The position numbers and the translations under genes were made by a program. A stretch of 64,000 bases of DNA from Bauldia sp. (lineage in GTDB: Bacteria; Pseudomonadota; Alphaproteobacteria; Rhizobiales; Kaistiaceae), in assembly GCF_965232525.1 (NCBI RefSeq), contig NZ_OZ246980.1, positions 3,872,543 to 3,936,542 of the forward strand. The letters run 5' to 3'. Positions 56,346 through 64,000 of the stretch are shown here, in pieces; within the stretch, counting starts at the first letter, position 1, and each line of letters begins with the position of its first letter. The notes below the pieces were generated by a model that was given only the letters and a program-made list of their open reading frames with translations, did no database searches and was not told the DNA's origin.

Positions 56346-58603
56346 CCGCTTCGGCCGGCCCGGCCGAGGCATCCCAGCACCGTCGCCGCGACGCGCGCCG
56401 CATTCCCGACTTCACCGGCATCGACTGGCGGCGTCCTGACCTGTCGGCAACGCCTGAGATCCGTGACCGCGATTGGGACACGCCCGAGGGCATCCGCGTC
56501 CGCCGGGAATATCGCCCGTCGGACATCGCGGACCTGCCGGCCGTCGATGGCTGGCCCGGCGAACCGCCTTATCTGCGCGGTCCCTACCCGACTATGTACA
56601 TCACCCGGCCATGGACGGTGCGCCAGTATGCCGGCTTCTCCACCGCCGAGGATTCCAACGCCTTCTACCGCCGCAACCTCGCCGCCGGCCAGCGCGGCCT
56701 ATCGGTCGCCTTCGACCTGCCGACTCATCGCGGCTACGATTCCGACGACCCCCGCATCGCCGCCGATGTCGGCATGGCCGGCGTCGCCATCGATTCGATC
56801 CTCGACATGCGCACCCTGTTCGACGGCATCCCGCTCGACCGGATGAGCGTGTCGATGACCATGAACGGCGCGGTGCTGCCGATCATGGCGCTTTACATCG
56901 TCGCCGCGGAGGAACAGGGCGTGGCGCCGGCGGCGCTGACCGGGACCATCCAGAACGACATCCTCAAGGAGTTCATGGTCCGCAACACCTTCATCTATCC
57001 GCCGGCGCCGTCGATGCGCATCGTCGCCGATATCATGGCCTACACCGCCGAGCATATGCCGCGCTTCAACCCGATTTCGGTGTCGGGCTACCATATGCAG
57101 GAGGCTGGCGCGTCGGCCGATCTCGAACTCGCCTATACGCTCGCCGACGGCCTCGAATACGTGAAAGCCGCGCGCGACCGCGGGCTGCCGGTCGACCGCT
57201 TCGCACCGCGTATCTCCTTCTTCTTCGGCATCGGCATGAACTTCTTCATGGAGGTCGCCAAGCTCCGCGCCGCGCGGGTGCTGTGGGCCGACCTGATGAC
57301 CGAGCGCTTCGATCCGCAAGACAAGCGCTCGCTAATGCTCCGCGCCCATTGCCAGACCTCCGGCTGGTCGCTTGCCGCCCACGATGTCTTCAACAACGTC
57401 ATCCGCACCGCGATCGAGGCGATGGCCGCGACCCAGGGCCAGACCCAGTCGCTCCACACCAACGCCCTCGACGAGGCGCTGGCACTGCCGTCCGATTTCT
57501 CCGCCCGCATCGCCCGCAACACCCAGCTCTTCCTCCAGAAGGAAGCCGGCACCACCCGCATCATCGACCCGTGGGGCGGCTCCTACTATGTCGAGCGGCT
57601 GACCGCCGACCTGATCGCCCGCGCCCGCGAACATATCGCCGAAGTCGACGGCCTCGGCGGCATGGCCCGCGCCATCGAGGCCGGCGTGCCCAAGCGGCGG
57701 ATCGAGGAGGCCGCGACCCGCACCCAGGCGCGGATCGACTCCGGCCGCCAGGTGCTGGTCGGCGTCAACCGCTACCGCCCGGAAGACGAGCCGCCGATCG
57801 AACTCCTGCGGGTTGACAACTCGGCGGTACGCGCCGCCCAGATCGAGAAGCTGAAGGCGCTGCGCGCGGACCGCGGCGAAGCCGCCTGCCTCGCTGCCCT
57901 GGGCGCCCTGACCGCAGCGGCCCGCGACGATACCGGCAACCTGCTCGACCTTGCCGTCGGCGCGGCCCGGGCCCGGGCCACCGTCGGCGAGATCAGCGAT
58001 GCACTCGAAGCCGCCTTCGGACGGTTCCAGCCCGACACCTCGGTCTCCACCGGCATCTACAGCGAGGAGGCCGGTCCCGACCCGTCGCTCCGGGCCGCTC
58101 GCCATCTCGCCGAGAAATTCGCCGACGACGACGGCCGTGCGCCGTCGATCCTGGTCGCCAAGATCGGCCAGGACGGCCACGACCGCGGCCAGAAGGTGAT
58201 CGCCTCAGCCTTCACCGATGTCGGTTTCGACGTGGTCCTCGGTCCGCTGTTCCAGTCGCCGGAGGAGGCCGCCGCGCTTGCCATCGAAAAGGACGTCCAC
58301 ATCGTCGGTATCTCGACGCTCGCCGCCGGTCACCTGATCACCGTGCCAGCCGTCAAACGCGCGCTCGAAGCCGCCGGCCGGCCGGACATCATGGTGGTGG
58401 TCGGCGGCGTCGTCCCGCCGGAGGATTATGAGGCGCTCCGCGACGCTGGTGCTGCTGCCATCTTCGCCCCCGGCACGCCGATCGCCGGCGCCGCCGCCAC
58501 GCTGATCGACACCCTCAACCAGCGCCTCGGCTACGAGCCGCCACCGCGGCTCAACGAACCGCAGGGCGACCTGACCTGGCGAATCGTCTCGACTGACCGC
58601 TGA
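56342..58603 (+). CDS. mutB: Methylmalonyl-CoA mutase large (B12-binding) subunit
   Basis: [64 protein letters not shown]. Confidence 0.97.
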   Translation: MTASAGPAEASQHRRRDARRIPDFTGIDWRRPDLSATPEIRDRDWDTPEGIRVRREYRPSDIADLPAVDGWPGEPPYLRGPYPTMYITRPWTVRQYAGFSTAEDSNAFYRRNLAAGQRGLSVAFDLPTHRGYDSDDPRIAADVGMAGVAIDSILDMRTLFDGIPLDRMSVSMTMNGAVLPIMALYIVAAEEQGVAPAALTGTIQNDILKEFMVRNTFIYPPAPSMRIVADIMAYTAEHMPRFNPISVSGYHMQEAGASADLELAYTLADGLEYVKAARDRGLPVDRFAPRISFFFGIGMNFFMEVAKLRAARVLWADLMTERFDPQDKRSLMLRAHCQTSGWSLAAHDVFNNVIRTAIEAMAATQGQTQSLHTNALDEALALPSDFSARIARNTQLFLQKEAGTTRIIDPWGGSYYVERLTADLIARAREHIAEVDGLGGMARAIEAGVPKRRIEEAATRTQARIDSGRQVLVGVNRYRPEDEPPIELLRVDNSAVRAAQIEKLKALRADRGEAACLAALGALTAAARDDTGNLLDLAVGAARARATVGEISDALEAAFGRFQPDTSVSTGIYSEEAGPDPSLRAARHLAEKFADDDGRAPSILVAKIGQDGHDRGQKVIASAFTDVGFDVVLGPLFQSPEEAAALAIEKDVHIVGISTLAAGHLITVPAVKRALEAAGRPDIMVVVGGVVPPEDYEALRDAGAAAIFAPGTPIAGAAATLIDTLNQRLGYEPPPRLNEPQGDLTWRIVSTDR

Positions 58604-58681
58604 CGCCGCCCCCTCCCAATTGAGATGCCACGGCGATCGACATAGGCTGCCATCGACGGAAGACGAGGGCCCTCAGGCGCA

Positions 58682-60178
58682 ATGGAAATCGACACGCTCA
58701 CGATCGCCGGCGCGCTTGACCAGTTCGCGTGCGGCGACCTCAGTGCCGTGGAACTGTGCCAGGCCTGCCTCGACCGCATTGCCGAGATCGACACTGCCGG
58801 CCCGACCTTGCGAGCGGTGCTCGAATTGAACCCGGATGCGCTGACCGATGCCGAGGCCTGCGATCGGGCCCGCCGGAGCGGCGCACCTGTGCCGCCGCTC
58901 AACGGCATCCCGATCTTTGTCAAGGACAGCATCGACACCACCGGCCACATGATGACCACAGCCGGATCGATTGCCATGATCGGCAACTACGCGCCACGCG
59001 ATGCCGTGGTTGTTGCCCGGCTGAGACAGGCCGGCGCGGTCGTTCTCGGCAAGACCAACATGACCGAGTGGAGCTACATGCGCTCCGCCCGCACCTGTAG
59101 CGGCTGGAGCAGTCGCGGCGGCCAGATCCGCAACCCGCACGTCCTCGATCGGACCCCGTCCGGTTCCAGTGGCGGCTCCGCCGTCGCGGTGGCAACCAGC
59201 ATGTGTCTCGGGGCACTTGGCGCCGAGGTCGACGGCTCCGTGGTTCGACCATCGTCGGCGAACGGCATCGTCGGCATCAAGCCGACGGTTGGCCTCGTCA
59301 GCCGCACCGGCGTGATGCCGGTGGCAGCACCCCAGGACACGGTCGGCCCGATGGCCCGCACGGTTGCCGACGTCGCGCGCCTGCTGACGGTGCTCGCCGG
59401 CCCCGATCCGGAGGATCCGGCAACCATGGTCGACGCCACACCGCAGGCGCCCGACTTCACCACGTTCCTGGTCGACGGCGCGTTGAAAGGCGCCCGGATC
59501 GGCGTCGCCCGGGACCTGATGGGAACCCACGAGGGGGTCGACAAGGTCATCGATGACGCGATCGACACGCTGCGCGATCTCGGTGCCGAGATCGTCGATC
59601 CGGCGATCGGCGCGTGGACGCCATTCTTCGGCGAAGCGGAGACCGAGCTCTGTCTTTACGGGTTCAAGGACGGGATCAACCGCTACCTGGCGGCTCACCC
59701 AAAATCGCCGATGAAGAGCCTGGCCGACGTCATCGCCTTCAACCGGGCCAACGCCGATCGGACGCTGCAGTACTTTCCGCAGGATCTGTTCGAACGCGCC
59801 GAGGCCAAGGGTGGGCTTAACGATGAGGCTTACCTGAAGGCAAAGGAAGAATGCCGGCGCATGTCCCGCACCGACGGCATCGACAAGGTCCTGGCCACCC
59901 ACCGCCTGGACGCCATCGTCGCACCGACCGACGGGACGCCGCCCTGGGCCATCGATCTGCTGGTCGGCGATCACATCGTCGGCGGTTGTTCCGCGCCGCC
60001 GGCGATGGCGGGCTATCCCCACGTCACCGTCCCGGCGGGTAAGTGCCACGGGCTGCCGGTCGCCCTGTCCTTCTTCGGACCCGCCTGGCAGGACGGCAAG
60101 CTGCTCGGCTATGCGTATGCCTTCGAGCAGGCAACCCACGCCCGCCCGGTGCCGGCCTTCAAGCCAACGGTGGCGTGA
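58682..60178 (+). CDS. Amidase (amidase-signature family)
   Basis: PIFVKD.I.T, GKTN.TEW, PSGSSGGSA.AVA, E.DGS...PS..NG.VG.KPT.G. Confidence 0.92.
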   Translation: MEIDTLTIAGALDQFACGDLSAVELCQACLDRIAEIDTAGPTLRAVLELNPDALTDAEACDRARRSGAPVPPLNGIPIFVKDSIDTTGHMMTTAGSIAMIGNYAPRDAVVVARLRQAGAVVLGKTNMTEWSYMRSARTCSGWSSRGGQIRNPHVLDRTPSGSSGGSAVAVATSMCLGALGAEVDGSVVRPSSANGIVGIKPTVGLVSRTGVMPVAAPQDTVGPMARTVADVARLLTVLAGPDPEDPATMVDATPQAPDFTTFLVDGALKGARIGVARDLMGTHEGVDKVIDDAIDTLRDLGAEIVDPAIGAWTPFFGEAETELCLYGFKDGINRYLAAHPKSPMKSLADVIAFNRANADRTLQYFPQDLFERAEAKGGLNDEAYLKAKEECRRMSRTDGIDKVLATHRLDAIVAPTDGTPPWAIDLLVGDHIVGGCSAPPAMAGYPHVTVPAGKCHGLPVALSFFGPAWQDGKLLGYAYAFEQATHARPVPAFKPTVA

Positions 60179-60231
60179 GGCCGCCGCAGGCCGAGCTTGG
60201 TGACGCGTGTTGTCGGTGCCACGCGGAACGA

Positions 60232-60494
60232 TGCGTCTTCGAGGCTCGGGCTCATAGCCCTCGCATCCCCGATCGGGTCGGGGACAGGCTCTCAAGATGA
60301 GGTCTGTAGTTTCCGGCCAGACACACGCACTAAGCTCCTCATGCTGAGAGCCTGCCCCCGACCCGATCGGGGGAGTCCCGGCGGAGCCGGGCCTCGAAGC
60401 ACGCAGAGCGACCGACGCAGCATTCCCTCTCCCCTTGTGGGAGAGGATAGCGAGGCTTGGCGGTGAAGCCGGTTTAGCCGAGCTTGGTGAGGGG
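60232..60494. repeat. Third REP array (R2 doublet plus CCCTCTCCCC..GGGAGAGG-type end)
   Basis: R2 pair 60232-60302 and 60337-60405; CCCTCTCCCCTTGTGGGAGAGG...GGTGAGGGG at about 60425-60494. Confidence 0.75.
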
Positions 60495-60557
60495 TGTTGG
60501 CGGTACCGCCAATCGTCGAACCTCCAACCTCTCATCCGGTTTGCCTAGAGTTCACGC

Positions 60558-61124
60558 TCAGCCTTTGGCGTCAACGATCGTCAACACCGCGATCTTGAAC
60601 GACCCGATCAGGCCATCCAGGTCTGCGCGACTTCGTGCGCCGGTCTTAAAGCCCATTGCGACTGTGACGATCAGATGCGCCACATCGGCTACGGATTGTC
60701 CCGACGCTTCGATTGGGTCTCGGTAGTCGTCCAGAAGCTCCGCGATCAGCGCCTCATGGCGTTGGTGAGAACGATCGATTTCGTCCTTGCCCGCCGCGTT
60801 GTGCCCACTGATCAGATCCTCCGGATCACCGGCAGTCTCCAGCAGTTCGAAGGACTTGACGATTGTCTCGTCGAAGTAGGCATCGAGCTTTTCAGCGAGA
60901 GTGGCGCAACGGCCCAACCGCTCGCGCACGCGGGCCAGGCTCTGGTCCGTAACGCTCCGGATCGACGCTCGGATCAATTCGTCCTTGGCGCCGAACAGGT
61001 CGTAGAGCGTCTGTCGCGACACACCCGCGTTCGATGCAATGTCGGCCATCGAAGCTTTTCGCGCCCCGTATCGGACGAAGACCCGGATCGCGGCTTCGAC
61101 AATCTTGTCTTCGGTTTCGGTCAA
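60558..61124 (-). CDS. TetR/AcrR family regulator
   Basis: KIVEAA..VF.RYG.RKASM.DIA..AGVSRQTLY..F..K.EL; probable TTG start at 61124. Confidence 0.9.
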   Translation of the reverse strand: MTETEDKIVEAAIRVFVRYGARKASMADIASNAGVSRQTLYDLFGAKDELIRASIRSVTDQSLARVRERLGRCATLAEKLDAYFDETIVKSFELLETAGDPEDLISGHNAAGKDEIDRSHQRHEALIAELLDDYRDPIEASGQSVADVAHLIVTVAMGFKTGARSRADLDGLIGSFKIAVLTIVDAKG

Positions 61125-61206
61125 GGGGGCGAATCCGCGAGCAACATTGCCCGATGATATCGGCGGATCGCGACTTGACAAGCTGAAGTGATCTGTAGGA
61201 TATAAC

Positions 61207-61223
61207 TCGACATATATCGTCAA
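61207..61223. promoter_or_regulatory. Possible TetR operator
   Basis: TCGAC-ATATATC-GTCAA imperfect palindrome between the divergent TetR and hydrolase genes. Confidence 0.35.
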
Positions 61224-61242
61224 ATTGTAAACGGAGGACTCA

Positions 61243-62145
61243 ATGGAAAAGGAGCAGGAAGATGCCTTGATCGACGCCTTGGCCAAGGGCGTCAGCTATT
61301 CCTTTCGTACGCCGATCCTGCGGCGGCCTTCCGATGTCGGCCTGGCGTATGAGGACATCTTTTTCCCGTCCATGGACGGTGTGATGTTGGACGGATGGTT
61401 GATCCCGGCGGCCGGCAGCGACAAGCTGGTCATCTGCAATCACTTCATCGGCGCCAACCGCTACGGTTATCCGGGACACCTGGAACCGTGGACTGGGCAG
61501 GGCGGGTTCGAGGTGAACTTCCTTGGCGCGTACAAGGCACTGAACGAGGCCGGCTACACCGTCCTGGCCTATGACCTGCGTGGGCACGGTCACTCCGCCA
61601 GTGGCGCTGGCGACATCACCGGTGTGGGCGCGATCGAGTGGCGCGACGTTGTCGGCTCGGTTCGCTACGCCAAGTCACGGCACGATATAGCGACGATGAA
61701 AGTCGCCCTGCACAGCCTCTGCATGGGCTGCAATTCGACGTTCATCGCCATGGAGAAGCACCCGGAGGAGTTCGACCACATACGCTGCATGATCGCGCTG
61801 CAGCCGCTGTCGGCGGCGCCATTCATCGAACGAGCGCTCATTGATGCCGGGATCGAGAATGCGGTCGAGCGGTTCGACGAGGCCTATACGCGATATTCTA
61901 GTTTCCGGCACGCGGACTCGAACGCCGTTGCACGCGCCGATGCCGTCAAATGCCCGACCATGGTCGTCCAGGTCCGTGACGACGCCAGCACCAAGCCCTG
62001 GGACGCTGAGCAAATCTACGAGCGGCTACCAAACCCGGACAAGAAGCTCTTGTGGATCGAGGGAACGCCTGTGCGCTACGAGGGCTACCGTTACTTCAGC
62101 CAGCATCCGGCCGAGATGGTCGCCTGGTACGACGCCCACGTCTAA
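61243..62145 (+). CDS. Alpha/beta hydrolase family protein
   Basis: F.S.DG..L.GW.IP, YDLRGHG.S, nucleophile elbow HSLCMG (Cys in place of Ser). Confidence 0.8.
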   Translation: MEKEQEDALIDALAKGVSYSFRTPILRRPSDVGLAYEDIFFPSMDGVMLDGWLIPAAGSDKLVICNHFIGANRYGYPGHLEPWTGQGGFEVNFLGAYKALNEAGYTVLAYDLRGHGHSASGAGDITGVGAIEWRDVVGSVRYAKSRHDIATMKVALHSLCMGCNSTFIAMEKHPEEFDHIRCMIALQPLSAAPFIERALIDAGIENAVERFDEAYTRYSSFRHADSNAVARADAVKCPTMVVQVRDDASTKPWDAEQIYERLPNPDKKLLWIEGTPVRYEGYRYFSQHPAEMVAWYDAHV

Positions 62146-62207
62146 GCCGGCGGTGGTCCCGATGTTTTGGACGGACGTTCCCGACCGCAACGACGGTGTT
62201 GTCCGAC

Positions 62208-63371
62208 CTACCGGTCCCCCACCCAGCGCGCGAGCCGCGCCACCGCCTCGTCGAGGACATCGTCCCGCTTGGAGAAGCAGAGCCGGATGAAGTGACCCGG
62301 TGCGTCGGAGCGGTAGAAGGCCGACACCGGCACCGCGGTCACCCCCGCCTCGATCGTCAGCCGCTCGCAAGTCGCCGCGTCGTCGTCGCCGAGATCGAAC
62401 GGGCGGGTGTCGACGGTGAGGAAGTAGGTGCCGGCGCACGGCGCCACACCGAAGCCGATGCGGCTCAAGCCCTCGGCCAGCCGGTCGCGCTTGGCCTGAA
62501 GATCGCCGGGGAGGCTGCCGTAATAGGCGTCGTCCTTGCCGAGCCCGAAGGCGACCGCGTGCTGCAACCCCGGCGGCGTTGTGAACGTGGTGAACTGGTG
62601 CGCCTTGGTGATCGGATCGAGCAGGTTCGGCGCGGCGGTGAGGTAACCGACCTTCCAGCCGGTCAGCGAGAACGTCTTACCCGCCGAGCCGATCCGCACG
62701 GTGCGCTCGCGCATCCCCGGCAGCGTCATCAACGGCCGATGACGACGACCGTCGAACAGGATGTGTTCGTAGACCTCGTCGCAGATCGCATAGGCATCGT
62801 GGCGGACGACAAGATCGGCGATCAGCGCCAGTTCGTCGTCACTGAAAACCTTGGCCGCCGGGTTCATCGGATTGTTGAGCAGGATCGCCTTGGTCTTCGG
62901 GCCGAACGCGGCCGCGAGTGCTTCCTGGTCAAGGCGCCAGTCCGGCGGCGTCACCCGAACCATCCGCGCCGTCGCCCCGGCCCGCTCGACCAGCGGCAGG
63001 TAGCAGTCGTAGAGCGGCTCGATCAGCACCACCTCGTCGCCCGGCTCGATCAGCGCCGCCATGCAGTCGGACAGCGCCTCGGTCGCCCCGGAGGTGACCA
63101 GCACTTCCGTCCGCCAGTCAACGTCGAGGCCATAGAACCGCCGGTTGGCGTCGGCCACCGCCTGCCGCAGCTCCGGCACGCCCATCATCGGCGGATACTG
63201 ATTCGGCCCGTTGACCACCGCCTCGGCCGCGACGCGCCGGATATCCTCCGGCCCATCGACGTCGGGGAAACCCTGGCCGAGATTGATCGCGTCGTGGGTC
63301 CGCGCGAGTTGGGACATGACCTCGAACACCGTGGTCGGCAGTCCCGTGTAAACCGGGTTGGTGGGTTTCAT
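62208..63371 (-). CDS. Class I/II PLP aminotransferase (YbdL-like)
   Basis: AINLGQGFPD, NQY.P..G.PELR, N.P.NP..KVF, DEVYEH, SAGKTFS.TGWKVG; start moved to ATG 63371. Confidence 0.93.
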   Translation of the reverse strand: MKPTNPVYTGLPTTVFEVMSQLARTHDAINLGQGFPDVDGPEDIRRVAAEAVVNGPNQYPPMMGVPELRQAVADANRRFYGLDVDWRTEVLVTSGATEALSDCMAALIEPGDEVVLIEPLYDCYLPLVERAGATARMVRVTPPDWRLDQEALAAAFGPKTKAILLNNPMNPAAKVFSDDELALIADLVVRHDAYAICDEVYEHILFDGRRHRPLMTLPGMRERTVRIGSAGKTFSLTGWKVGYLTAAPNLLDPITKAHQFTTFTTPPGLQHAVAFGLGKDDAYYGSLPGDLQAKRDRLAEGLSRIGFGVAPCAGTYFLTVDTRPFDLGDDDAATCERLTIEAGVTAVPVSAFYRSDAPGHFIRLCFSKRDDVLDEAVARLARWVGDR

Positions 63372-63842
63372 CGGCGTCGGCGAAATCGGCGAGGTGGGAG
63401 CATCGTGTTCACGGCCTTGTGATCGGCGAGCGGCGACGATGTCGCAAACCGGGTGGCCGCGCAATCCGTATCAGCGAATGAACGCGCTGACGACCATGGA
63501 GCGGAAAACGATGCCGCGATGACGTCACGGTTGCGCCGGGCGACGGCACGCTCCGCGGCCACGCGACAGCCTTTTCGCCGTCGTGTTGCGCGGATTTGCG
63601 CGATTGCGGCGGCAGCGTGGCAACTGAAGCGTCGATGATCAGCCAATGTGCCTGCGATGCAACAGCAACCGACTGATACGCAACGAGTAACCCGGAAACA
63701 GGGAGCACAACACTACTGACATATCTGGGCTAACCAATTTGCAATTGTGCGTTCAATTCCAGTGGTGCAGTCGCTATATGCTTCCAATCGCGAAACGGGC
63801 GCACCCAGATTGAAGTGGCAGCCCTTTGTCTGGTGATCACAG

Positions 63843-64000
63843 ATGGCTTCATCCATTTTCAAACCCAGTCGGGTTCTGTCTGTTCTTATCGTTCTCGCCG
63901 CCGCCGGCTGGATTGCCTCCGGTGCGCTCTCCCAGAGTGAAGGGGAAGAGACCGACGACCAGGCGATCCGCGAATCCGAGGTCGAGGCGCCGGTCCTTGT
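63843..64000 (+). CDS. Partial gene, probably an RND efflux periplasmic adaptor N-terminus
   Basis: MASSIFKPSRVLSVLIVLAAAGWIASG... runs off the right edge; not in the ORF track. Confidence 0.5.
   Translation, partial: MASSIFKPSRVLSVLIVLAAAGWIASGALSQSEGEETDDQAIRESEVEAPVL

Noticed and set aside
63372-63842. sRNA or riboswitch in the 470-bp intergenic region
   Set aside because: No recognisable conserved motif or terminator; it is compatible with divergent promoters. An Rfam search would be needed.
1-64000. rRNA, tRNA, prophage or defence-island genes
   Set aside because: No cloverleaf or rRNA signature and no phage structural, integrase, restriction-modification or toxin-antitoxin motifs recognised.

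Overview
High-GC (about 65-68%) chromosomal window, most likely from a Rhizobiales/Hyphomicrobiales alphaproteobacterium (mucR, DUF1491/DUF5330/DUF6456, cytochrome c', Mrp-type antiporter). It is mostly housekeeping and accessory genes: PBP1A, PhoD, an mrp operon without a full-length mrpA, msrB, ptrB, cls, class I DAHP synthase, ECF42 with YciI, a Pat-type acetyltransferase, SOD, methylmalonyl-CoA mutase, an amidase and four RTX/T1SS-type proteins. I found no rRNA, tRNA, CRISPR, classical transposase or phage genes. Features the ORF track does not show, in order of interest: (1) a DUF559 endonuclease gene bracketed by ~50-bp double-hairpin inverted ends, with gene-less copies of the same element beside it and elsewhere, inside arrays of several REP-like families; (2) a complete ribosome-stalling attenuator upstream of DAHP synthase, with leader peptide MNRAAAFYYFWFSYPQPMAEAGVRSI, an antiterminator and a terminator; (3) two ~78-bp CTAG-ended hairpin elements at the mutA stop codon; (4) a stranded copy of the 3' end of the Pat gene and a shared palindromic operator at a tandem RTX duplication; (5) a frameshifted inositol monophosphatase; (6) a LuxR-type gene at the left edge. 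All family assignments come from motif recognition, not database searches.
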